Below are positions 38,629 to 47,801 of a stretch of DNA of 64,000 nucleotides, in pieces. Source of the DNA: an uncultured delta proteobacterium (lineage in GTDB: Bacteria > Myxococcota_A > Polyangia > Palsa-1104); assembly GCA_963785725.1 (NCBI GenBank), contig CAWAWS010000005.1:128001-192000 (forward strand). Reading direction: 5' to 3'. The translations under genes and the position numbers were made by a program. Position 1 is the first letter of the stretch; each line of letters opens with the position of its first letter. The notes under the pieces are model-generated. The model was given only the letters and a program-made list of their open reading frames with translations. It was not told where the DNA came from and ran no database searches.

Positions 38629-41082
38629 ATGGGCAACCGCCGCGTCTGGCTCGTGCAACTGCCGCTGGTGCTGGTGTGGACGCTGGCGTTCACGATCGCG
38701 CAGCGCGGCGACGAGCGGACGCTGACGAGCCCGCTGCTGCGCGATCGCGTCTATCGGACGCTGCGCATGATGGAGGGCTTCGCCACCGACCTGAAGTTTC
38801 GCCTGCGCGGGCCGCGGCCGCTGACGCCCAAGATCGTGATGGTCGAGATCGACGAAGACGCCATCAACCAAGTCGGCCGCTGGCCCTGGCACCGCGACGC
38901 GATGGCGGTCCTCATTCAGTCGGCGTTCGACGCCGGCGCGCGCGTCGTCGGGCTCGACATCGTCTTCTCCGAGCCCGACGTGCGCGTGCCCGAAGCGGTC
39001 GGTGAGCTCTTGCGCGGGCACGGCCTCGGCGACCAGATCCCGGCGTTCGAGACCGATCTGACGTTACAGCGCATCATCGCGCTCCATCGCGATCGGCTCG
39101 TGCTCGGCTGGATGAGCGACGACGCCTGCGTGCCCGCCTGGGAACATTGCGATCCGATGCTGGCGCTGCCCAAAGGCTTCGAGAAGTTCGCCTACGGCCA
39201 CCTGAGCGGCACGTTTCGTCAGGACGGGACGGCGCTCGTGACCGTCCCCACCATCACCGCCAACATCGACGGCTTCGACGAGGCGGCCGCGCACTCGGGC
39301 TACTTCCAAGGCTGGCCCGATCCCGACGACGTGACGCGCCGGACCTTCTTGGCCGTCACCGCGAACGGGCACCTCTTTCCGTCGCTGCCTCTCGAGATGG
39401 CGCGCGTCGGCCTCGACGACGAGCTCGGCGCCGACCTCGACGGCCGCGGCGAGATCGCCAGCCTCTCGCTCTTGCGCGCGGGGCGGCGCCTGCCGGTCTC
39501 GAAGCACGGCGTCCTGCCGATCAACTTCCTCGGGCCCGGCTATCAAGAAGGCGCGTTTCCGTGGGTGCCGGCGATGCAGCTCATCGGCGACGCCGAGCGC
39601 ATCCAGTTCGTGCGCAAGCACAAGGTGGAGTCGGTGGCGCGCTCGGCGCTGTTTCAGGACGCCTACGTCTTCATCGGCTTGTCGGCGCAGGGTGTGAACG
39701 ATCTGCGTAACTTTCCCTTCGCCTCGCACGGGCCCGGCGTCGAAGGCCACGCGACGGTCTTGGAGAACATCCTGTCGCAGCAGTTCCTGCGCACCGGCGC
39801 CGGGCTCTGCGATGGACGGCTGGTGCTGGCGCTGATGACGCTGGGCGCGCTCCTGTTCGGCTGGGCGATGGTGCGGCTGGCGGCGCTGCCGGCGCTCTTG
39901 CTGTCGGTCGCGGTCATCGGTGCGCTGGCGGTCGTGGACGTGGCGCTGTTCAGCCGGCGCAACATCGATCTCGACTCCGTCTTCCTCTTCGGCGAGCTGA
40001 CGACGCTCTTCGTGGCGACGCTGGCGGTGAAGTACGTCCAAGAGGAGCGCGGCAAGCAGCTCATCCGCGGCACCTTCTCGAAGTACCTCGCGCCCGCCGT
40101 CGTCGACGAGATGCTCAAGGACCCGGGCAACGTCAAGCTGGGCGGCGAGACGCGCAAGCTGACCATCATGATGTCCGATCTGCGCGGCTTCACCGCCACC
40201 GCCGAGCGCCTGCGGCCGGAACAGGTGCTGGGCCTGCTCAACAATTACTTGGGGACGATGGCGGACATCATCGTCGACCATCAAGGCACGATCGACGAGT
40301 TCATCGGCGACGCCATCCTCGTCATCTTCGGTGCGCCGCTGGCGCGCGCCGACGACGCGCGCCGCGCCGTGGCCTGCGCGGTGGCGATGCAGCGGGCGAT
40401 GAAGGGCATCAACGAGCACAACGCGCGGCTCGGGCTGCCGGCGATCGAGATGGGCGTCGCGCTCAACACCGGCGAGGTCATCGTCGGCAACATCGGCTCG
40501 CAGCAGCACATCAAGTACGGCGTCGTCGGCAGCCACGTGAACCTGACGGCGCGCATCGAGTCCAACACCGTCGGCGGGCAGGTGCTGATCTCGGGCACGA
40601 CGCTGGCGTTGGCGGGCGCCGACCTCGTGCTCGGCGACCAGCAGCTGATCGTCGCCAAGGGCTTTCCGCAGCCGATTCCGGCGTTCGAGGTCCGTGGCAT
40701 CGGCGGCGAGTACGACCTCATGCTCGACGAGGTGGACCTGGCGCTGGTGACGCTCGAACGCCCGCTCGACGTGCGCTACCGGCTCGTCATGAGCAAGAAC
40801 GAGGAAGGGCCGGAAGCGGTCGGACAGCTGCGCGCGCTGTCCGCCAAGGGCGCCGTGCTCGCCGGCGACGGCGCGCTCGACGCCTTCGCCAACCTCAAGC
40901 TCACGATGGTGGCGCCCACCGGTGTCGCCATCGAGGGCGCGCTCTACGCCAAAGTCGTCGCCGGCGGCGCGGCGTGCACGCTGCGCTTCACGGCGGTGCC
41001 GCCGGAGGTCGAGCGCTTCGTCGCGCAGCAGCTCGAGCCGGCGACGCCCGAGCGTTCGAGCGAGCTGGCCGGACGCTCCTGA
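38629..41082 (+). CDS. CHASE2-domain class III nucleotidyl cyclase (Cya2-like, putative guanylate/adenylate cyclase) with degenerate PilZ-like C-terminus
   Basis: CHASE2 (IDE..GRWPW..GLDIVFSEP, GVEGHA), 3 TM, SDLRGFT, TIDEFIGDA, GNIGS, KYGVVGSHVNLTARIES. Confidence 0.92.
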   Translation: MGNRRVWLVQLPLVLVWTLAFTIAQRGDERTLTSPLLRDRVYRTLRMMEGFATDLKFRLRGPRPLTPKIVMVEIDEDAINQVGRWPWHRDAMAVLIQSAFDAGARVVGLDIVFSEPDVRVPEAVGELLRGHGLGDQIPAFETDLTLQRIIALHRDRLVLGWMSDDACVPAWEHCDPMLALPKGFEKFAYGHLSGTFRQDGTALVTVPTITANIDGFDEAAAHSGYFQGWPDPDDVTRRTFLAVTANGHLFPSLPLEMARVGLDDELGADLDGRGEIASLSLLRAGRRLPVSKHGVLPINFLGPGYQEGAFPWVPAMQLIGDAERIQFVRKHKVESVARSALFQDAYVFIGLSAQGVNDLRNFPFASHGPGVEGHATVLENILSQQFLRTGAGLCDGRLVLALMTLGALLFGWAMVRLAALPALLLSVAVIGALAVVDVALFSRRNIDLDSVFLFGELTTLFVATLAVKYVQEERGKQLIRGTFSKYLAPAVVDEMLKDPGNVKLGGETRKLTIMMSDLRGFTATAERLRPEQVLGLLNNYLGTMADIIVDHQGTIDEFIGDAILVIFGAPLARADDARRAVACAVAMQRAMKGINEHNARLGLPAIEMGVALNTGEVIVGNIGSQQHIKYGVVGSHVNLTARIESNTVGGQVLISGTTLALAGADLVLGDQQLIVAKGFPQPIPAFEVRGIGGEYDLMLDEVDLALVTLERPLDVRYRLVMSKNEEGPEAVGQLRALSAKGAVLAGDGALDAFANLKLTMVAPTGVAIEGALYAKVVAGGAACTLRFTAVPPEVERFVAQQLEPATPERSSELAGRS

Positions 41083-41101
41083 GCTCCGCGCGCGCCGCCG
41101 C

Positions 41102-41975
41102 TCAGCGGCGAACGAAGCGGCCGAGCGACGGCTGCCACACCTCGACGGCGCCCTCGACGGCGATGGCGACGTTGGCGCAGCCGGCGGCGTGACGCGCGAA
41201 CGCGTCTTCGATGAGCCGATCCGACTGCAGCGGACCGTGATGGCCGGCGAGCACGCGCGTCTGCGGATGGCGCCGCGCCAGCTCGGCCGCGTACTCGATC
41301 GAATCCGTGCCCGAAGGTGTGCTGCGCGACGTCGCTGTGGTTGGCGTCGACGATGACGAGCTGCGCGGTCGCGACCACGGCGTCCTCCAGCGCGCGCGTC
41401 GCCGCCGTCGGCTCGTGATCACTCAGGTAGGCGACGGTCGGGCCGTCGGTGACGGCCAGCCGATAGCCGAGCGTGTCGAGGTAGCGCCGGTTGGGCTCGA
41501 GGCCGCTGTAGTGGTGGAGCGCCACGGTCTCGAGCGTCGCGCCCGGCAACGCCACGCTCGCGCCGGCCGCGAGCGCGACGAACGACAGGCGTCGCAGCGT
41601 GCCCAGCGCCAGCACCTCGAGCGGGACGAACGCCGGCGGCGCGTGCCCGGCGGCAATCGTGTCGAGCGCCTCTTGCGGGCCGAGCACCGTCAACTCGAGG
41701 CCGTTGTCGCGGCGCCACATCCACTCGGCGTCCTTGAGCCCTTCCCAATGATCGAGGTGCGCGTGCGTAACGAGCACGTGCAGTCGCTCGATCGCGCGCA
41801 GGCGCTCGTCGCCGGCGAGCGCGGCGGCGAGCGCGCCCAGGCCGCGACCGGCGTCGAAGACGAAGAGGTCGGCGCCGACCGCCAGCGAGTAGCACGACGT
41901 CGCGTTGCCGATCCGCGAATGCCACGTGTTGCGGCCGCCGCGACAACCCCAAATGTGCAGCTGCGTCTCGTTCAC
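41102..41975 (-). CDS. Metallo-beta-lactamase-fold hydrolase, putative cyclic-nucleotide phosphodiesterase (+1 frameshift near 41303)
   Basis: WGCRG, GNATSC, FDAGRG, THAHLDH, YLSDHE, GH; after the shift LAGHHGP..D..EG. Confidence 0.82.
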
Positions 41976-41998
41976 GATGGCGGGCGTGGCCAACGCGC

Positions 41999-42982
41999 TC
42001 AGGCCCAGCCGAGCCGGTTGCGACCGGCGCGCTTGGCGGCGTAAAGGGCTTCGTCGGCGCGCTTCAGGAGCTCGGCGGCGCTCTCGCCGGCGCGGTATTG
42101 CGTGCCGCCCATCGTGGTCGTGATGCGGATGCCGCGGTCGTTGCCGGGATGGGGAAAGCTGCCGATGGCGGCGCGCAGCGTCTCGGCGCGGGTGCGCGCC
42201 TCCGCTTCGTCGAGGTCGGCGAGCAAGAGGATGAACTCGTCGCCGCCGACGCGGCACGGCAAATCGGACTTGCGCACGCCGTCCTGCAAGATGGCGCCGA
42301 CGGCTTTGAGCACGAAGTCGCCGGCGGCGTGACCGAGCGTGTCGTTGACGGGCTTGAAGTGGTCGAGGTCCATCGCGATGAGGACGAGCCCGCCGCCGAT
42401 GGCCCGCGCGCGCTCCATGAAGCCGTGCACCTCGGCGTCGAAGCAGCGGCGGTTGAAGAGGCCGGTGAGCGCGTCGGTGCGCGCCGTCTCCTCCTCTTGC
42501 GTCAGCCGCTTGCGCGTGAACTCGAGGCTCTTGATGGTGTCCTGCAGCTCGACGTTGCGCCGCCGCAGATCGGCGATCAAGTTGCGCTCGGCGTCGACCA
42601 AGAAGGCGCAGGCGCGGCGCAAGAGCGTGAAGATGGCACGCGGATGGGTCGCCAGCAGCGACTGAATGCTCGACTGGTCGACGACCTGCAGGCGCGCCGC
42701 GCTCGTGGCGACGATCGAAATGCTGCGCTGGTGGCCGGGGTTGATGAACGAGAGCTCGCCGAAGTAGCTGCCGGGGCTGTACGTGCGCACGACCTTGCCG
42801 GTGTCGAGGACGGCCTCGGCCTCGCCGGCGACGAGGAAGAACATCGAATCGCCGGGCTCGCCTTGCGTCAGGATGCGCTCGCCGGCCGCGCAGTGGCGCA
42901 GCGCGCCCGCCGCGAAGATGGCGTCGACCTCGTCATCGGTGAAGGCGTGCAACGGGGAATCGGCCGGGAATGCACTACGCAC
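41999..42982 (-). CDS. cNMP-binding domain + coiled coil + GGDEF diguanylate cyclase
   Basis: GERILTQGEPGDSMFF..FGELSF..RS; TDALTGLFNRR, DLDHFKPVNDTLGHAAGD, RKSD I-site, GGDEF. Start is GTG 42982 (extended -10 upstream) or ATG 43021. Confidence 0.92.
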   Translation of the reverse strand: MRSAFPADSPLHAFTDDEVDAIFAAGALRHCAAGERILTQGEPGDSMFFLVAGEAEAVLDTGKVVRTYSPGSYFGELSFINPGHQRSISIVATSAARLQVVDQSSIQSLLATHPRAIFTLLRRACAFLVDAERNLIADLRRRNVELQDTIKSLEFTRKRLTQEEETARTDALTGLFNRRCFDAEVHGFMERARAIGGGLVLIAMDLDHFKPVNDTLGHAAGDFVLKAVGAILQDGVRKSDLPCRVGGDEFILLLADLDEAEARTRAETLRAAIGSFPHPGNDRGIRITTTMGGTQYRAGESAAELLKRADEALYAAKRAGRNRLGWA

Positions 42983-43117
42983 GCGCTCGATTTTAACACC
43001 AATCGCGCGCCGGTGGCTCATCCCGATGGCGCCGGGCCGGGTTTGCCGAGGCGCCATCGCGCCGGGCGCCTGACGGTCTTGCCGTCGGAGCGCACCCGTG
43101 TATACCTTTCGCAAAGC

Positions 43118-43543
43118 ATGGCAGCACTCGGTGAAGTCGGTTCCGTCACGAGCGTGCACTTTCGCGTCAGCACCGCCAATCAGGCCGCTTTCCGCGCGCT
43201 CAGCGGTGACGACAACCCGCTCCATTTCGACGACGCCTTCGCCCGAGCGCGCGGCTTTGCCGGCCCGGTCGTCTATGGTGGGCTCATCGTCGCCGCCATC
43301 TCGCGCCTGCTCGGCAACGAGGTCCCCGGCGCCGGCTGCGTCTGGCACTCGCTCAAGCTCGACTTTCGCGCGCCGCTCTACGTCGACGAGCCGGCCACCG
43401 TGCAGGCGACCTTGACGCACTTTACCGAGGCGCTCGGGCTGTGGCGCCTCGGCCTCGACGTCGCCGTCCCCGGCCGGCGCATCGCCAAGGGCGAGGCCTC
43501 GGCGATGCTGCGCGACACCACCACCCGCGCCACCGCCGAATGA
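43118..43543 (+). CDS. MaoC-like (hotdog) dehydratase
   Basis: FRALSGDDNPLHFD..A..GF.GPVVYG..PG..F.APLY. Confidence 0.88.
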   Translation: MAALGEVGSVTSVHFRVSTANQAAFRALSGDDNPLHFDDAFARARGFAGPVVYGGLIVAAISRLLGNEVPGAGCVWHSLKLDFRAPLYVDEPATVQATLTHFTEALGLWRLGLDVAVPGRRIAKGEASAMLRDTTTRATAE

Positions 43544-44202
43544 AAGCGGTCCTCGTCACCGGCGCCGGCGGCGCCATCGGCTCGGCCATCGCCAGCCTAG
43601 CGCGCGCGCGCGGCTGGGCCGTCATCGCCGCGCAGCGCGATCGAGCGGCGACGCTGCAGCTGCCGCTCGACGAGCCCGACCGCTTCGCCGACGTCTTGGC
43701 CACCGTCGATGCGTCGTTGGATGTGGCGGCGCTGGTGCTGTGCGCGTCGCCGCCGCCGCTGGTGTCGTCGTTCACGAAGACGCCGAGCGACGCGCTCGTG
43801 CAGCAGCTCCAAATCAATGTCGTCGCCGCGCATCGCCTGCTGGCCGAGTGCTGGAAGCGCTTTTTCCGGCCGCGCAAAGGCGGCCACGTCGTCGCCTTCT
43901 CGACGGCGGCGCTGGGTCCGCCGCCGACGCCGCACCTGGTCTCGTACTTGGTCGGCAAGGCGGCGGTCGAGGCGCTGGTCGAGGCGGCGCTCGCCGAGCT
44001 CGGCCCGGCCGGGCTGCGCGGCACGGTCATTCGTCCCGGGTTCACCGAGACGCCGATGCTGCGCGCATTTCCGACGCCCATCCTCGACGCCGCGCGCCAG
44101 TCGACGCGCTTTCTGACGCCGGCCGAGGTCGCGGCGGCCACCGTCGACGCGCTCGACCAACCGCCGGCCGAGCCGCTCCTGCGTAGGATTGAGCTGCCAT
44201 GA
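43540..44202 (+). CDS. Short-chain dehydrogenase/reductase
   Basis: VLVTGAGGAIG, S-T, YLVGK (YxxxK), PGFTETPM. ATGA-coupled on both sides. Confidence 0.85.
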   Translation: MKAVLVTGAGGAIGSAIASLARARGWAVIAAQRDRAATLQLPLDEPDRFADVLATVDASLDVAALVLCASPPPLVSSFTKTPSDALVQQLQINVVAAHRLLAECWKRFFRPRKGGHVVAFSTAALGPPPTPHLVSYLVGKAAVEALVEAALAELGPAGLRGTVIRPGFTETPMLRAFPTPILDAARQSTRFLTPAEVAAATVDALDQPPAEPLLRRIELP

Positions 44203-46073
44203 AGTGGTTACCCGCGCTCCCCAGCCACGACGCCTTCGCCGAGCTCCGCGCGCACACCAATCCGACGACGCGCCTGGCCGCCATCGTTCGCCTCGCCCAC
44301 TTCGATCTCGATTTTCTGCAGACGGCCAAGCTCGATCGCCTGCTGGAAAAGACCGTGCGCGAGCTCGATGGGCCGGCGCCGCTGCCGAATCTGACGCGCG
44401 TGCGGCTGGCCTGGCTGGCCTCCTCCACCGTCGAGCAGCTGCTGCCGGGCGCGCGCATCGCCGGCTTGCGTCGCGGGCTGTATCTCGACATCCATTTGGC
44501 GCCTTACGGCCAATATCAGCAGGCGCTGCTCGCGGACGAAGGCGCGCTCGTCGACTTTCAGCCCGAGGCGGTGTTCATCCAGCTCGCGCCCGAGGACGCG
44601 CTGCCCGAGCTGCCGCTGGCCGCCACCGCCGCCGAGGCCGCCACCGCCGTCGCCGAGCGCGTGGCCGAGCTGACGCAGCTGTGGTCGCGCGCGCGCGAGC
44701 GCCATCGCGCGCTCGTCATCCACGCCACCGTGCCCAACTTGGCCGAGCGCCTCTTCGGCTCGTACGAGCTGCAGATTCCCGGCGCGCGCTCGAGCCTCAT
44801 CGCGCGCCTCAACCGCGCGCTCGTCGACGCGGCGCCGGCGGCCGGCGCGATCGTGTGCGACCTCGACGGCTGGTTCGCGCGCCTCGGCCACGACGCGTTC
44901 GACCCGGTGCGCTGGTTCCAGGCCAAGCAGCTGGTCGCGCCCGCGCTCGGTCCCTTGTTCGGCGAAGAGCTGGCGCGTCTCGTCGCCGCCGCGCGCGGCC
45001 GCTCACGCAAGGCGCTCGTCCTCGATCTCGACAACACGCTGTGGGGCGGCGTGGTCGGCGATGATGGCGTCGACGGCTTGATCCTCGGTCAAGGCGACGC
45101 CGCCGGCGAAGCGTTCGTCGCCTTCCAGCGCTACGTCAAGCAGCTGGCGACGCGCGGCATCGTGCTCGCCGTCTGCTCCAAGAACAACGCCGACACGGCG
45201 TTGGCGCCCTTTGCCCTCCATCGCGAGATGGTCCTGTCGCGCGACGACATCGCCGTCTTCGTCGCCAACTGGACCGACAAGGCGACCAACCTGCGCACCA
45301 TCGCGGCCACGCTCAACCTCGGGCTCGACGCGCTCGTCTTCGTCGACGACAACCCGGTCGAGCGCGATCAGGTGCGGCGCGAGCTGCCCGAGGTCGCGGT
45401 GCCGGAGATGCCCGAGGATCCGGCCTATTTCGTGCGCACGCTCGCCGCCGCCGGCTACTTCGAGACCGTCGCCTTCTCCGCCGAGGATTGGCAGCGCAGC
45501 GAGCAATATCAGACCAACGCCAAGCGCCAGCGACTGCAAGAAGGCAGCTCCGACATGGACGGCTTTCTGCAGAGCCTGGGCATGACGATGGTGACGTCGC
45601 CGGTCGGCGGCAACAACCTGACGCGCGTCGTCCAGCTCATCAACAAGACCAACCAGTTCAACCTGACGACGCGCCGCTACACCGAGGCCGAGGTCGAGGC
45701 CGTCGCCGGCTCGCCCGACCACATCGCGCGCTGCTTTCGCCTGCGCGATCGCTTCGGCGACAACGGCATCATCTCGGTCGTCATCGCGGCGCGCGAGCAC
45801 GACGCCTGGAACATCGAGACCTGGCTCATGAGCTGCCGCGTCCTCGGCCGTAAAGTCGAGCAGGCGGTGCTGGCCGAGCTGGCGCGCGCGGTGCAATCGC
45901 ACGGCGGCCGCGCGCTCGTCGGCCGCTACCTGCCGACAGCCAAGAACGGGCTCGTCGCCAATCACTACCGAGACTTGGGCTTCCAAAAGGCTGACGCGAC
46001 CGATCAGCGCTGGACGCTCGACCTCGACACCTTCGTCCCCGCCCTCCTACCCATCGAGCTCATCCATGACTGA
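44199..46073 (+). CDS. fkbH: FkbH-like HAD-IIIC glyceryl-ACP transferase/phosphatase with C-terminal GNAT-like domain
   Basis: DLDNTLWGG, CSKN, ANW.DK, FVDDNPVER, KTNQFNLTT, DRFGDNG, MSCRVLGR. Confidence 0.92.
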   Translation: MKWLPALPSHDAFAELRAHTNPTTRLAAIVRLAHFDLDFLQTAKLDRLLEKTVRELDGPAPLPNLTRVRLAWLASSTVEQLLPGARIAGLRRGLYLDIHLAPYGQYQQALLADEGALVDFQPEAVFIQLAPEDALPELPLAATAAEAATAVAERVAELTQLWSRARERHRALVIHATVPNLAERLFGSYELQIPGARSSLIARLNRALVDAAPAAGAIVCDLDGWFARLGHDAFDPVRWFQAKQLVAPALGPLFGEELARLVAAARGRSRKALVLDLDNTLWGGVVGDDGVDGLILGQGDAAGEAFVAFQRYVKQLATRGIVLAVCSKNNADTALAPFALHREMVLSRDDIAVFVANWTDKATNLRTIAATLNLGLDALVFVDDNPVERDQVRRELPEVAVPEMPEDPAYFVRTLAAAGYFETVAFSAEDWQRSEQYQTNAKRQRLQEGSSDMDGFLQSLGMTMVTSPVGGNNLTRVVQLINKTNQFNLTTRRYTEAEVEAVAGSPDHIARCFRLRDRFGDNGIISVVIAAREHDAWNIETWLMSCRVLGRKVEQAVLAELARAVQSHGGRALVGRYLPTAKNGLVANHYRDLGFQKADATDQRWTLDLDTFVPALLPIELIHD

Positions 46074-46308
46074 ACCCGAGATTTACGCGGTTTTACAGAC
46101 GCTCTTCCACGACATCTTCGACGACGAGTCGATCACGCTCACGCCCACGACCAGCGCCAAAGACATCGCCGAGTGGGACTCGTTCAACCACGTCAACATC
46201 ATCGTCGGCGCCGAGACCAAGTTCAAAATCAAGTTCACCACGTCGGAGATCGGCGGCCTCAAGAACGTGGGTGACTTCGTGCACCTCATCGCCCGAAAAA
46301 CCGCGTAG
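46066..46308 (+). CDS. Acyl carrier protein
   Basis: 80 aa, acidic, with WDSFNH phosphopantetheine motif. Confidence 0.9.
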   Translation: MTEPEIYAVLQTLFHDIFDDESITLTPTTSAKDIAEWDSFNHVNIIVGAETKFKIKFTTSEIGGLKNVGDFVHLIARKTA

Positions 46309-47801
46309 TGCTCTTCAATTCCTACACCTTCCTGTTCCTGTTTCTGCCGATCACGCTGGCGTTGGTGCTGGGCGCGAGCGCGCTCGGCTTGCGGCGCACG
46401 GCCAAAGTGTCGCTGCTCGTGGCGTCGCTGTTCTTCTACGGCTGGGCCAACCCGCGCTACCTGATCGTGCTCGGCGCGCTCGTCGCCTTCAACTACGGCA
46501 TCTGCCGCCTGCTCATGGCCGACGCCGGCGACGACGGCCGCCGCAAGGCCGTCTTCATCCTCGGCGTCGTCGCCAACGTCGCCACGCTGGCCTACTTCAA
46601 GTACACCAACTTCACCGTCACCACCGTCGACGAGCTCTTCGGCTGGCAGCTGCGGGTGGCGCGCATCGCGCTGCCGCTCGGCCTGTCGTTCATCACGTTC
46701 CAGAAGATCGCGCTCTTGGTCGACGTCTACGATCGCAGCGTCACGTCGTTCGGGCTGCTCGACTACTGCCTGTTCGTGACGTTCTTCCCGCAGCTCATCG
46801 CCGGTCCCATCGTCCATCACCGCGAGGTCTTTCCGCAGCTCGCCGACCCGAAGACGCTGCATTACTCGGCCGACGGCTTCGCGGCCGGCATCGCGCTCTT
46901 TTGCATCGGCTTCTTCAAGAAGGCCATGCTCGCCGACAGCGTCGCGAGCTTGGCCGGCCGCGTCTTCGACGGCGCCGCGCACGGCCAGCACCAAGGCGCG
47001 CCGATGCTCTGGCTCGGCGCCGTCGCCTACACGCTGCAGCTCTATTTCGACTTCTCGGGCTACTGCGACATGGCCATCGGGCTCGGCCGGCTGTTCGGCA
47101 TCCGCCTGCCCATCAACTTCGACTCGCCCTTCAAGGCCACCAACATCATCGACTTCTGGCGTCGCTGGCACATGACGCTGACGCGCTTTTTGACCGCCTG
47201 CATCTACAACCCGATCTTGCTCGCCATCAATCGCCGTCGCGCCGCCCAAGGTCTGTCGAGCGGCCGCCGCGGCATGACGCTGCCGGCGTTTACGCAGCTC
47301 GTGGTCCTGCCGACGATGGTGACGATGTGCATCGCCGGCATTTGGCACGGCGCCGGCTTCCAGTTCGCCGTCTTCGGCGCGCTGCACGGCCTGTACCTCG
47401 TGTGCAACCACGCCTGGCGCACGTTCGGCAAGAAGCGCAAAGCCTCGCCTCGCTTCGACATCCCCAAGACCGCCGGCACCTTCCTGCTCGTGGTCGTGGC
47501 GTTCGTCTTCTTCCGCGCCGACTCGGTGCACACGGCGCTGCGCATGCTCGGCGAGATGACCGGGCTGCACGGTCCCAACCCGCGCCCGCAGCTGACGTCG
47601 ATCGCCGGCACGGTGGTGCTGGCGGCGATCGCCTTCGCCGCGCCCAACTCCAACCGCGTCGTCGACGGCGCGGCCGGCGAGGCGAGCCGCTGGTGGGACT
47701 TCCGCCCGTCGCTGGCGTGGGGCTTGTGCATCGGCGCCATCGCGCTGGCGGCGATGCTGCAGCTCGACGCCTCCACCGAGTTTCTCTACTTCAATTTTTG
47801 A
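46308..47801 (+). CDS. MBOAT family O-acyltransferase (AlgI/DltB-like)
   Basis: MLFNS..FLP, LPLGLSFITFQ, FFPQLIAGPI, QLYFDFSGY, FWRRWH, GIWHGA, C-terminal FLYFNF. Confidence 0.93.
   Translation: MLFNSYTFLFLFLPITLALVLGASALGLRRTAKVSLLVASLFFYGWANPRYLIVLGALVAFNYGICRLLMADAGDDGRRKAVFILGVVANVATLAYFKYTNFTVTTVDELFGWQLRVARIALPLGLSFITFQKIALLVDVYDRSVTSFGLLDYCLFVTFFPQLIAGPIVHHREVFPQLADPKTLHYSADGFAAGIALFCIGFFKKAMLADSVASLAGRVFDGAAHGQHQGAPMLWLGAVAYTLQLYFDFSGYCDMAIGLGRLFGIRLPINFDSPFKATNIIDFWRRWHMTLTRFLTACIYNPILLAINRRRAAQGLSSGRRGMTLPAFTQLVVLPTMVTMCIAGIWHGAGFQFAVFGALHGLYLVCNHAWRTFGKKRKASPRFDIPKTAGTFLLVVVAFVFFRADSVHTALRMLGEMTGLHGPNPRPQLTSIAGTVVLAAIAFAAPNSNRVVDGAAGEASRWWDFRPSLAWGLCIGAIALAAMLQLDASTEFLYFNF

Noticed and set aside
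42230..42370. Hypr-GGDEF (3',3'-cGAMP synthase)
   Set aside because: The signature position is Asp (GHAAGD), the canonical c-di-GMP type, not Ser/Thr.
43118..46308. Polyketide/NRPS biosynthetic cluster implied by FkbH and ACP
   Set aside because: No ketosynthase, condensation or adenylation domains; the MBOAT/SGNH context indicates envelope acylation.
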